DNA from: Candidatus Binatia bacterium
Lineage (GTDB): Bacteria; Desulfobacterota; Binatia; UBA1149; CAITLU01
DNA length: 64,000 bases
Direction of reading: 5' to 3'
Assembly (NCBI GenBank): GCA_047611725.1
Contig: JBLFWR010000004.1
Coordinates: forward strand, 10,496-74,495
This document shows positions 39,847-48,583 of this stretch, in pieces (positions within the stretch are counted from its first letter, which is position 1; every line of letters begins with the position of its first letter). Made by a program: the position numbers and the translations under genes. A model generated the notes under the pieces. That model saw only the letters and a program-made list of their open reading frames with translations, was not told the DNA's origin and ran no database searches.

Positions 39847-39878
39847 GAGAGGCGACAGTTGGAAAACTGTCGCCTCTC
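39847..39878 (+). terminator. Terminator hairpin after rpoD
   Basis: 12-bp perfect stem gagaggcgacag / ctgtcgcctctc with an 8-nt loop, 32 nt after the rpoD stop. A weak T tract follows. Confidence 0.65.
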
Positions 39879-39894
39879 TTGCGAGGATCCGCGC

Positions 39895-40977
39895 GTGTCG
39901 AGCACTCCGGACCTCTACGAACCAGACCGCAAACTGCGCTCACGACTGCTGCGTGGGACCGCGGGGGTCGCGCTGGTTCTGGTTCTTGCCTACTCGATCA
40001 TGCTCGTCGTGACCGGGCGCTCCAGCATACTGGAGTCATTGGCGAATCTTGATCCACGCCTGGCGCTGCTGCCGTTTATCGCCACCTTCCTTAGTTACGG
40101 GACGATGTCGCTTTCTTACGAAGGAATCGTTCGCGCCGCCGGTGCCACGATTCGATCGCGAGATATGCTGCGCATCACGTTTATCGCCAATACCGCCAAC
40201 TACGTGTTGCCCAGTGGGGGATTGACCGGGTTTGCCTTGCGGCTGGTGTTTTTCACCCGACGCGGCATTTCGGCTGGCCGCGCGGTGTCGATCTCGTTCA
40301 CTCAAACCATGCTGACCAACCTCATGCTCGTGGTTTTTGTGGTGTTTGGTCTGTTGAACCTGCTGGCGTCTCGGACCATCGGAGGGTTTAGCCTCGTGGC
40401 TGCCCTCATCATGGCTTTCGGGTTGATCATGATGCTGCTGGTTTGCCTGGCCATGATTTATCGGCCGTCGGTGCGTGCCCCAATTCTCGAGTTCGTTGCA
40501 CGGGTCAGTGATCGGATCCTCGAACTGACTCGTCAGCACGAACGTTTCGGGCCGAGGGTGCGGCGGCTACTTGCGCATGTCGGCGAAGGAATGGATCTCG
40601 TCGCCAAGCAGCCTGCCGCGATGATTGTGCCGTCTTTGTGGATCTTCCTAGACTGGCTGTTCATGATCGGCACGCTGTATCTGGGTTTCTACGCCACCGG
40701 TTACCCGATCACATTCAGCGCGGTGACGATCGCATTTTCCGTCTCGATCATTCTTGCGATTGTGTCGTTCGTCCCCGGCGGAGCAGGGGTTCTCGAAGGC
40801 GCATTGGCAGCAACGTTTCTTGGTCTCGGAGTACCACTGCAAGATTCGTTGCTCCCTATTTTTATCTATCGGATTAGCTATTTTGGGTTTCCAGCTCTGG
40901 TTGCACTCGTTGTTCTCCGCGGGGCCTTTCGCGACATGACGCCAGCTGAAGCCGAAATGGCCGAGGAGGCGATGTGA
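39895..40977 (+). CDS. Flippase-like / lysylphosphatidylglycerol-synthase TM-region family (UPF0104) membrane protein
   Basis: ORF 39841..40977. I moved the start to the GTG at 39895 because the first codons coincide with the rpoD terminator hairpin. About 8 TM segments; the C-terminal PGGAGVLEGALAATF is typical of the family. Confidence 0.6.
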   Translation: MSSTPDLYEPDRKLRSRLLRGTAGVALVLVLAYSIMLVVTGRSSILESLANLDPRLALLPFIATFLSYGTMSLSYEGIVRAAGATIRSRDMLRITFIANTANYVLPSGGLTGFALRLVFFTRRGISAGRAVSISFTQTMLTNLMLVVFVVFGLLNLLASRTIGGFSLVAALIMAFGLIMMLLVCLAMIYRPSVRAPILEFVARVSDRILELTRQHERFGPRVRRLLAHVGEGMDLVAKQPAAMIVPSLWIFLDWLFMIGTLYLGFYATGYPITFSAVTIAFSVSIILAIVSFVPGGAGVLEGALAATFLGLGVPLQDSLLPIFIYRISYFGFPALVALVVLRGAFRDMTPAEAEMAEEAM

Positions 40978-41630
40978 TTAGACTGCGCAATCTGTTCATC
41001 GCGGGGTTGATCGTTCTTGTGCCGGTGGTGCTCACGGCCTCGATTCTGCAGTTCCTTTTCGGCTTGCTTGACGGGATTTCGCAGCCGCTGGTGAAGGGCT
41101 ATCTGGGCCGCGAAGTGTCTGGCGTTGGTGCCATGCTGACGGCGGTCATTATTCTTCTGCTCGGCTACTTTTCGACTCTGTTTGTCGGGCAACGAATCGT
41201 CGAAGCGTTTGAGTACTGGGTTGCGCGGATTCCCATCGTGCGCAGCGTATATTCCACCACCCGTCAGGTCGTGCGCGGCTTTTCCAGCAACGAAGGCATG
41301 AACTTCCAGCGCACGGTGTTGGTGGCTCGAGAAGACGACATCTTGATGTTCGGCTTCGTGACCGGGGATTTTTCGCTGACCAAGGCTGGCGAAGAGCAGC
41401 GCATGTGTACAGTCTATGTTCCTACCAACCATCTGTATCTGGGCGATGTCTTCGTGGTTCCCGCCGAGCTGATTATTGAAGTCGACATGACGTTGGAAGA
41501 GGGAATTTCGGCCGTCCTCTCCTGTGGTGGTTCGCTGCCGGACGACGTTCGCCTCGGAGCGAGAACGGTCACCGATCAGGCCGACGAAACGATAGAAGTC
41601 GGCGCCGGGCCAGACTCAATTCCGAGCTGA
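40974..41630 (+). CDS. DUF502-family membrane protein
   Basis: 218 aa with N-terminal LRNLFIAGLIVLVPVVLTASILQFLFGLLDG and a conserved RIPIVRSVYSTTRQV segment. The start overlaps the upstream stop. Confidence 0.65.
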   Translation: MIRLRNLFIAGLIVLVPVVLTASILQFLFGLLDGISQPLVKGYLGREVSGVGAMLTAVIILLLGYFSTLFVGQRIVEAFEYWVARIPIVRSVYSTTRQVVRGFSSNEGMNFQRTVLVAREDDILMFGFVTGDFSLTKAGEEQRMCTVYVPTNHLYLGDVFVVPAELIIEVDMTLEEGISAVLSCGGSLPDDVRLGARTVTDQADETIEVGAGPDSIPS

Positions 41631-41635
41631 CCGCG

Positions 41636-42661
41636 TTGAGCTCGATGGGCAATACCATTGGCTTCGATGTTGGCGGCCGGTCGGTGAAAGGGGTCCTGGT
41701 CGATTCGGACGGGGCTGTGCTTGCGACGACGAAGCAGCCGACCGGATTCTCGACGAATCTCGAATCCTTGGCCGATGCCCTGCGCATCTCAATGACGGAG
41801 TTGGGCCAAACACGGATCGCCGACGGCTCGTTGGCGAAAGACTCCGTAGCAATTCCATTTGGCCTTGGCATCGCCGGATCTAGAACCAAAGAACAGCTCC
41901 TGCGAGGCAGTCCCAATTTGCCAGCCCTGTGTGGGCATGACGTTGGCGCTGTGGTCGGTGCGGTGCTGGGCCGCCCTGCGATCGTTGAAAACGATGCCAA
42001 CTGCGCGGCAACGGCCGAGCATTGGATCGGTGCGGCTGGAGGTTGCCCGGATTTTCTGATGGTCGCGCTTGGTACCGGAGTCGGCTCGGGCCTGTTTCTC
42101 GGGAATCAGCTTTTCCAAGGCTCTACCGGTCGCGGGTGCGAACTCGGCCACACGATCGTAGAGCGAGGCGGCCGACTCTGCGGTTGCGGCAACCGGGGAT
42201 GCTTAGAGGCCTATATTTCTGAGACTGCCGTCAGGGCGCGGGTTCGCGAATCTACGGAACAGCTCGAGAGTGTGGTTTCTGTCCGAGCTCGTGCCCAGGC
42301 CCAGAGTCAGAGTCAGGGTCAGGGTCAGGGGCAGGGTCAGACAGATGGCTGGGCCCGTGCTTTGTTCGACTTGGCGGCCGAGGGTGAGCCGCGTGCCGAG
42401 GCCTTGGCTTGCGAGATGGTGGAAGTTCTCGGTGGAGCCATCGCTTGTGCCGTGAACTTGTTCGATCTGCCAACCGTTGTTTTGGGCGGAGGGCTTGCCC
42501 GGGGTGTGCTCGGTCGGCTGGACGATCTTAACAGGGGCCTGGCGTCGGCATTGTTTGCTCGTCGTACTGGCGATGTTCGCATCGTTGGCGCTGCACTGGG
42601 CCCACTGGCAGGAGCGATCGGCGCTGCACGAATCGCGATGCCAAAACGGTCGCCTGATTGA
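41636..42661 (+). CDS. ROK-family sugar kinase (glucokinase-like) with an internal Gln-rich repeat insertion
   Basis: GFDVGGRSVKGVLVD (ATP-binding), ENDANCAA, GTGVGSG and the ROK zinc motif GHTIVERGGRLCGCGNRGCLE. The insertion is AQAQSQSQGQGQGQGQ. Confidence 0.8.
   Translation: MSSMGNTIGFDVGGRSVKGVLVDSDGAVLATTKQPTGFSTNLESLADALRISMTELGQTRIADGSLAKDSVAIPFGLGIAGSRTKEQLLRGSPNLPALCGHDVGAVVGAVLGRPAIVENDANCAATAEHWIGAAGGCPDFLMVALGTGVGSGLFLGNQLFQGSTGRGCELGHTIVERGGRLCGCGNRGCLEAYISETAVRARVRESTEQLESVVSVRARAQAQSQSQGQGQGQGQTDGWARALFDLAAEGEPRAEALACEMVEVLGGAIACAVNLFDLPTVVLGGGLARGVLGRLDDLNRGLASALFARRTGDVRIVGAALGPLAGAIGAARIAMPKRSPD
42293..42340 (+). repeat. In-frame hexanucleotide repeat (xxx-CAG)x8 inside the ROK kinase gene
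   Basis: gcc cag gcc cag agt cag agt cag ggt cag ggt cag ggg cag ggt cag encodes AQAQSQSQGQGQGQGQ. I checked the frame against the ORF start. Confidence 0.9.
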
Positions 42662-42721
42662 TTCGCTCCGGCAGCGTTTTTCCGTCTAAAATCGCGTTTG
42701 CCAACAGGAGGCCGCGCGTTC

Positions 42722-43201
42722 ATGCATCAGCACTCTAAGATACAATCCACCGTTCTCCCCTTCTTACTCGCAACCCTCTTGGCTGCCTGCACGGGCGGCA
42801 CTGGCGAAGAAAAGAAAGTAGCTGCACCGGCCGCTCCGGACGAAGATCGAGTCTTCACTCTGGCCATTGAGCTGGCCGATGAGATCGAACTCGGTGCGCT
42901 CCAGGTCGATTTTGACTACAGCGATTCGGTTGGCGGCTTCGTCGGCGATGCCGACGCGGTTGAATGCGAGACCGTCGTCGAAGGCGCGTTGAGCAGCTAC
43001 AACAATCAGACTGCCGAAAGGATCCTGAAAGCGGCGTTTGTCGCCGTCGACGGAATGTCGGGCCCCATCCGCATTGCTGAATGCAAATGGAAGGGAGTGT
43101 TCGATCCAGCAACGCTCGGCGTCGAGGTTCGTGACGCGTCGGCACCGGACTTAAGCAATATCGCCCCACTTCCCGAGCTGCGGCTCGTCATCGAGGATTA
43201 A
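42722..43201 (+). CDS. Small lipoprotein consisting of a single two-Cys module
   Basis: ORF 42698..43201. The ATG at 42722 gives MHQHSKIQSTVLPFLLATLLAA|CTGG (lipobox). The module LGALQVDFDYSDSVGGFVGDADAVEC...GPIRIAECKWKG lies at about 42845-43198. Confidence 0.7.
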   Translation: MHQHSKIQSTVLPFLLATLLAACTGGTGEEKKVAAPAAPDEDRVFTLAIELADEIELGALQVDFDYSDSVGGFVGDADAVECETVVEGALSSYNNQTAERILKAAFVAVDGMSGPIRIAECKWKGVFDPATLGVEVRDASAPDLSNIAPLPELRLVIED

Positions 43202-43270
43202 CAGGCACCGCACGCCGTCGGTCTCGCTTTTGTGAGCCCGTGGCGCGCGGGCCCTGTTTGAGGCCCCAGC

Positions 43271-44995
43271 TTGCGTTACACTCGACTTCTCGCCCCCACA
43301 CTCAAAGAAGAACCCTCCGACGCCGAGGTGGCGAGCCATCGCCTTCTCGTTCGCGCCGGCATGATCCGCCAGGTTGCGCGCGGTATTTACGACTTTCTTC
43401 CGCTCGGGTTGCGGGTCGTTAAGAAGGTTGAGCGCATCGTTCGTGATGAACTCGACCGGTCGGGTTGTCAGGAAGTTCTGCTGCCCTTGGTCTCCCCTGC
43501 CGAACTCTGGCGGGAAAGCGGTCGCTGGGATTTTTACGGCAAAGAACTACTGCGCATCAAAGATCGCCACGATCGCGAGTTCTGTCTCGGACCGACTCAC
43601 GAAGAGGTTATGACCGACCTGGTGCGACGCGATGTGCGCTCCTACAAGCAGCTTCCGCTGAATCTCTACCAGATCGCGACGAAGTTTCGTGACGAAATTC
43701 GTCCGCGCTTTGGACTCATGCGTGGACGCGAATTCGTGATGAAAGACGGCTACTCGTTTCATGCCGGAATCGAGGACGCCGAGCGTGAATACTTCAACAT
43801 GCACGCGACCTACACGAGGATTTTTCGCCGCTGCGGTTTGGAGTTCCGTGCTGTTGAAGCCGATACCGGCAACATTGGGGGCTCTCTTTCTCACGAGTTC
43901 CAGGTCCTGGCTACTTCGGGCGAAGATCTCATCGTCGCGTGTGATTCCTGCGAGTACGCGGCCAACGTTGAAAAAGCAGAGATGCAGGCGAACGCTGATT
44001 GTAGCTTCGGTTCGATCCCCTTGGAGACCGTTGACACCCCCGATGTCCGCACGATTGATGAAGTTTCGGCCTTCCTCAACGAGAGCCCCGAGCATTTCAT
44101 CAAGACACTTATCTGTGTTGCCGACGACGTTGTGATCGCTGCGTTGGTTCGTGGCGACGATCAATTGAGCGAGCCTAAGCTGAAGACTCTGCTTGGTGCC
44201 CAAGACCTACGCATGGCCGAGGAAGCCGAGATTGTGGCGGCCACTGGTGCTCCTCAAGGCTTTGCCGGGCCGGTGGAATTGTCGGGGATCTCCATTGTCG
44301 CCGACGAGCGCCTTCGCTCGTCAACGGGTATGGCCACTGGTGCCAACCAGGCCGACCGCCATTTTCGTGGTGTTGATCAAGAGCGCGATTGGCCCGAAGT
44401 TCGGTTCGCCGATTTGCGCGAGGCACGCACCGGCGATGCCTGCGCCCGGTGTGAAAGCGGTCATTTTAAGGAGCATCGCGGCATCGAGGTCGGCCACATC
44501 TTCGTCCTCGGGACCAAGTATTCCGAAAAACTCGGCGCCACCTACCTCGATGCTGACGGCAACGAACAAGTCATGGAGATGGGAACCTACGGCATCGGTG
44601 TGACACGGACGATGGCAGCGGCCATCGAACAAAATCACGACGACGCGGGAATTATTTGGCCGGTGGCGATCGCTCCCTACGAAGTCCTGTTGGTTCCGGT
44701 GAAGTGGAGCGACGAAGAATCGCAGATCGCCACCGAGGCTTTGTACACCGAACTCATCGAGGCCGGTGTCGAGGTACTTCTCGACGATCGTGATGAGCGT
44801 GCAGGTGTGAAGTTCAATGATGCCGATCTCATCGGGATTCCGTTTCGCGTTACGATCGGGCCGCGCGGTCTAAAGACCGGTGTGGTTGAGCTCAAGCGCC
44901 GTGGGCAAGACGAAGCTTCCGAGCTTAAGCTGGCCGAAGCGGCGTCCGCGATTGCCGGCCTTGTGCGTGAGGCAAAGCAGGAGCAAGCAGCGTGA
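43271..44995 (+). CDS. proS: Prolyl-tRNA synthetase
   Basis: 574 aa with a TTG start. N-terminal RYTRLLAPTLKEEPSDAEVASHRLLVRAGMIRQVARGIYDFLPLG. Class II motifs FRDEIRPRFGLMRGREFVMKDGYSFH and MGTYGIGVTR. An editing-domain insert is present. Confidence 0.95.
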   Translation: MRYTRLLAPTLKEEPSDAEVASHRLLVRAGMIRQVARGIYDFLPLGLRVVKKVERIVRDELDRSGCQEVLLPLVSPAELWRESGRWDFYGKELLRIKDRHDREFCLGPTHEEVMTDLVRRDVRSYKQLPLNLYQIATKFRDEIRPRFGLMRGREFVMKDGYSFHAGIEDAEREYFNMHATYTRIFRRCGLEFRAVEADTGNIGGSLSHEFQVLATSGEDLIVACDSCEYAANVEKAEMQANADCSFGSIPLETVDTPDVRTIDEVSAFLNESPEHFIKTLICVADDVVIAALVRGDDQLSEPKLKTLLGAQDLRMAEEAEIVAATGAPQGFAGPVELSGISIVADERLRSSTGMATGANQADRHFRGVDQERDWPEVRFADLREARTGDACARCESGHFKEHRGIEVGHIFVLGTKYSEKLGATYLDADGNEQVMEMGTYGIGVTRTMAAAIEQNHDDAGIIWPVAIAPYEVLLVPVKWSDEESQIATEALYTELIEAGVEVLLDDRDERAGVKFNDADLIGIPFRVTIGPRGLKTGVVELKRRGQDEASELKLAEAASAIAGLVREAKQEQAA

Positions 44996-45759
44996 CTGTG
45001 AGCGTGACAGCAGCGGCTCGAGCTCGTGCCCGTGAGCGTCTGATTTTCGCTCTCGATGTTAGTTCGCTGCGTGAGGCGGGTGCGCTTGTTCGCACCCTGC
45101 AGGGCAGCGTAGGCAGCTTTAAAGTTGGCAAGCAGCTGTTCTTGGCCAATGGCCCGCGCGTCGTCAACTACCTCAGGGAGCGCGGCGCCGAGGTCTTTCT
45201 CGATCTAAAATTCCACGACATCCCACAGACTGTCGCCCGGGCTTCGGTTGAAGCCACTCGGTTGGGTGTGGCGATGTTTAACGTCCACGCTTCGGGTAGC
45301 GCGGCGATGATGAATGAAACCCAGGCCCAGGTTCGTCGTGTGTGCCGGGCCGAAAAGCTACGCCGCCCGCGCATGTTGGCGGTAACCGTGCTGACCAGCT
45401 TGTCGGTCGGCGATCTCGAAACAATAGGCGTCAACGGTGAGGTTGAAGATCAGGTGGTTCGCCTGGCGGTGCTGGCCAAGGAATCCGGCATGGACGGAGT
45501 CGTTGCGTCGCCTCGAGAGATCGTCAGCATTCGTGCCGCCTGCGGTCCACGTTTTCTCATTGTGACTCCGGGAATCCGCCGCTCGTCGGATGCAATGGGA
45601 GATCAGCATCGCACCAGCGGTCCGGCCCAGGCGATTGAAGACGGTGCAGATTTCATTGTCGTCGGTCGGCCTATTCGCGATGCTCCCGATCCCTGTGCGG
45701 AAGCCGACAAGATCGTAGACGAAATAGCTGAGGCTTTGGCTGCTCGTCGCCGACGCTGA
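44992..45759 (+). CDS. pyrF: Orotidine-5-prime-phosphate decarboxylase
   Basis: LIFALDV, FKVGKQLF, FLDLKFHDIPQTV, and C-terminal IVTPGIR and IVVGRPI. 4-nt overlap with proS. Confidence 0.9.
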   Translation: MTVSVTAAARARARERLIFALDVSSLREAGALVRTLQGSVGSFKVGKQLFLANGPRVVNYLRERGAEVFLDLKFHDIPQTVARASVEATRLGVAMFNVHASGSAAMMNETQAQVRRVCRAEKLRRPRMLAVTVLTSLSVGDLETIGVNGEVEDQVVRLAVLAKESGMDGVVASPREIVSIRAACGPRFLIVTPGIRRSSDAMGDQHRTSGPAQAIEDGADFIVVGRPIRDAPDPCAEADKIVDEIAEALAARRRR

Positions 45760-45777
45760 TCGCTTTCCCTGCCGGCT

Positions 45778-45807
45778 CTTTCCCCGCAGACACTTTCCCC
45801 GCAGACA
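45778..45807. repeat. Tandem 15-mer x2 (ctttccccgcagaca)
   Basis: Perfect direct duplication in the 62-bp gap between convergent pyrF and the moeA-like gene. Confidence 0.9.
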
Positions 45808-45821
45808 CGGCTGCGCGTCGC

Positions 45822-47345
45822 TTACTGGCGGCGCCCGAGAATCAAATCAAAGTTAGGCAACGTTGCTGCGAATGGAGCAACGACCATCACGCTGTTTTCG
45901 TTGAGATCTCGGCGCTCGATTTCGGGTAGCCGCTGGGCGACCCGCATCAGCGCCGGGTCATCGACACCGAATACCGCAGCGTGCGCTTCCCCAGCCACGA
46001 GTGCTTCGACCGCGTCGTCTTGGCTGTTGCCGAGCCACACCATACGCAGCACGTGTCCGTTTGCGCGTAAATCATCTTCAAGTGCAGCACTGTCGCGGTC
46101 TGGCGCTCCAGCGATTACGACGGTCGTCAACGCTTCTGCGCTGCTGCGGATCAAGTCGATTGTAACTTCAGCATCCGCATCGACCCCCTCGCTCGTCGGT
46201 CCGATTCGCAACCAGCCATGAGCTCTGGCGGCGGTGCTAACAGCACCCGCACCGCGCGGCAGCGGTGCTACGACAAAACCCGACTCGTGACGGCATAGAC
46301 ACACCCGGCGGAACTCTTCGACGCCAAGGCGTGACGGAATCTTGCGACCGATGCGTGCTTGGACCCGCTCGGGGCCGGTCTCCAATACCCCTGCGAGTTT
46401 GGCCAGCAGCGGCGCCAGTAGCTGCTCGGCAGCGACGATGGCCGAGACCGGGTATCCGGGAATTCCAACGATCGGAGTATTTCCAATACGGGCGATCGAT
46501 ACCGGTTTCCCCGGCATCATATCGACCCCGTGGGCCAGAACGTCACCGAGCTTGGCGAGCACATCGACGGTCAAGTCGCGGCGCCCCACGGAGCTGCCTG
46601 CGATCACCGCTACAGCGTCGTAGTTGGCGGCGGCGTCGGCAACGGCGCGTTCCAGCTTCGATTGGTCATCGGCCACAATCGCCAGGCGCGTAACCTGGAT
46701 GCCAACAGCGACAGCCGCGGCTTCAATCATCCTACCGTTGTACTCGAGTACCTGTCCGGGAGCCGGGTCGGCGATTGGTTCGGTCACTTCGCTTCCGGTT
46801 GGCAGAATCGCGAGCCGCGGCCGAGCGACGACGTTGATATTTACGATGCCAGCGGCGATCAGGGCGCCGAGGTCCCAAGGTGTGATGCGCGCGCCACGCG
46901 GAAGGAGTCGCGAACCCTTATCTATGTCTTCGCCAGCGCGGCGGACATCGTGACCGGGGGCGACAGCGCATCGCAACGAAAAGCCGTCTGGTTCGCGACG
47001 AACGTCTTCGATCCGGACCACGGCGTCAGCCCAATCCGGCAATACGCCTCCCGTGTCGATCTCCGCGCAGCCGGGCCCCGAAGCCGGGGGCAGGCCCAAC
47101 GTGACGGGCTGCTCGGGTGTAGCTTCAAACGTATCGGCCGCTCGTACTGCAATGCCGTCCATGGCGGAAGCGCGGTAGTGAGGGGCGTCGTGAATGGCAT
47201 AGATCGCCGCGGCGGTGATGCGACCACAGGCCGCGTCGATACTGATGCTTTCGCAGGGCAGTGGTCCTACGTCTTCAAGCAGGCGCCGACGCGCTTCGTC
47301 TGGAGAAACGCGGGCGAGGAACTTGCCGGGCTTCGGTGCGGTCAT
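45822..47345 (-). CDS. MoeA-family molybdopterin molybdenumtransferase paralogue with a ~100-aa C-terminal extension
   Basis: 507 aa with a MoeA-like N-terminus (SIDAACGRITAAAIYAIHDAPHYRASAMDGIAV) and the central MoCF-binding domain (AILPTGSEV...AGSSVGRRD). The extra C-terminal segment looks like part of a periplasmic-binding-type fold; that part is tentative. Confidence 0.75.
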   Translation of the reverse strand: MTAPKPGKFLARVSPDEARRRLLEDVGPLPCESISIDAACGRITAAAIYAIHDAPHYRASAMDGIAVRAADTFEATPEQPVTLGLPPASGPGCAEIDTGGVLPDWADAVVRIEDVRREPDGFSLRCAVAPGHDVRRAGEDIDKGSRLLPRGARITPWDLGALIAAGIVNINVVARPRLAILPTGSEVTEPIADPAPGQVLEYNGRMIEAAAVAVGIQVTRLAIVADDQSKLERAVADAAANYDAVAVIAGSSVGRRDLTVDVLAKLGDVLAHGVDMMPGKPVSIARIGNTPIVGIPGYPVSAIVAAEQLLAPLLAKLAGVLETGPERVQARIGRKIPSRLGVEEFRRVCLCRHESGFVVAPLPRGAGAVSTAARAHGWLRIGPTSEGVDADAEVTIDLIRSSAEALTTVVIAGAPDRDSAALEDDLRANGHVLRMVWLGNSQDDAVEALVAGEAHAAVFGVDDPALMRVAQRLPEIERRDLNENSVMVVAPFAATLPNFDLILGRRQ

Positions 47346-48583
47346 AGGAGCACGACCTCGACTTCGCTGCCGGCGGCCAGGCCTTCGGTGGAAGCCGGGA
47401 CCGCCAACAAACCGTCGGCGCGGGCGATGGTTGAGATCGCCACAGACTTTCCGCGCACTGGTCGGGCGATTGGCAGATCCAGACCCAGCCCGGGCTCAAG
47501 CCGAACTCTGAGGTAGTCCTCTCGGCCCGCCGGCGAAGCGACGTCTTCATCAAGGCGGGCACGGACTCGTGGGCGGCGCAGCAATATTCGTTCGACCGGC
47601 TCTCCTTCCAATGACCCCACCAACGCGCTGCCGAAAAGATGCATCACGACCGCGGCTGCCGCCGGATTTCCCGGCAGGCCCATCACGTGTAAGCCGCCAG
47701 CGCGCGCGAGCAAAGTCGGTTTCCCCGGCGCGATTGCCAAGCCGTGGAAAAGCACCTCTGCGCTTTCCATTGCGCTGACCGAGCCGACGGTCAGATCTCG
47801 CGCACCGCGCGAGCTGCCACCGGAAATGAACAGGACGTCGCAGTCCTCGACAGCTCGCTCCAAAGTGCGAGAGAACGCGTCTTCGTCATCGCCGATCACC
47901 CCGAAGTCTTCGACGTGATTTCCGAAAGAGAGTGCAACAGCGCGCATGAGATACTGGTTGACGTTGCGAACGCTGCCCGGTGGCAGCGGTGCGTCGGGTT
48001 CTACGATCTCGTCACCGGTGGCAACGACACCGATGCGAACCGGACGGCGCACGCGCACTTGGATGACGCCGACTCCCGATAACACCCCGGCATCGACGGG
48101 TCGCAGCCGATGCCCGGCTTCGAAAACGAGATCTCCAGCCCGCATGTCTTCACCGATGGCCACCGTGTTTTGGCGGGGCAGCACCTTGGCCCGAACCAGG
48201 ATTTCGTCGGGAACGGGCTCTTCTGTGTTTTCGATGATCACCACGGCGTCGGAATCCGGCGGCATCATCGAACCAGTGGAGACCCGGATCGCCATACCGG
48301 GCGGCAGCGGCTGCGTGGCTTCGGCGCCCATCGCCACAGTGCCGGCGATGCTCATGCGGACCGCGCTATTGTCGCCAGCCGTGAAGGTGTCTTCGGCCCG
48401 CACGGCGAACCCGTCCATGTTCGAGCGAAAAAAATGTGGAATGTCGTCGCCAGCCCGAACCTCGTCGGCCAGAACCATACCGATCGCATCGATGGCCGCG
48501 CAGACGATGATTTCCGTCGGCTCCGCTGCATCGATCATGCGGTAGGCTTGCGAGGCGCTTAGCAGTTCCAGAAACGGTTTCAT
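47342..48583 (-). CDS. moeA: Molybdopterin molybdenumtransferase MoeA
   Basis: 413 aa: FFRSNMDGFAVRAED, VATGDEIVEP, ISGGSSRGARD, PGKPT and LPGNPAAA. 4-nt overlaps with both neighbours. Confidence 0.85.
   Translation of the reverse strand: MKPFLELLSASQAYRMIDAAEPTEIIVCAAIDAIGMVLADEVRAGDDIPHFFRSNMDGFAVRAEDTFTAGDNSAVRMSIAGTVAMGAEATQPLPPGMAIRVSTGSMMPPDSDAVVIIENTEEPVPDEILVRAKVLPRQNTVAIGEDMRAGDLVFEAGHRLRPVDAGVLSGVGVIQVRVRRPVRIGVVATGDEIVEPDAPLPPGSVRNVNQYLMRAVALSFGNHVEDFGVIGDDEDAFSRTLERAVEDCDVLFISGGSSRGARDLTVGSVSAMESAEVLFHGLAIAPGKPTLLARAGGLHVMGLPGNPAAAAVVMHLFGSALVGSLEGEPVERILLRRPRVRARLDEDVASPAGREDYLRVRLEPGLGLDLPIARPVRGKSVAISTIARADGLLAVPASTEGLAAGSEVEVVLL

Noticed and set aside
46530-47516. Long ORFs antisense to confidently assigned genes. 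Examples: 46530..47516, 16877..17818, 12415..13194, 38196..39035, 35240..35899, 61892..62563, 56023..56688, 8134..8772 and 21101..21739.
   Set aside because: Each lies fully inside a gene with strong family motifs on the other strand or in another frame. Their translations are Arg/Pro/Ser/Ala-rich with no motifs. This is the usual shadow-ORF artefact of GC-rich DNA.
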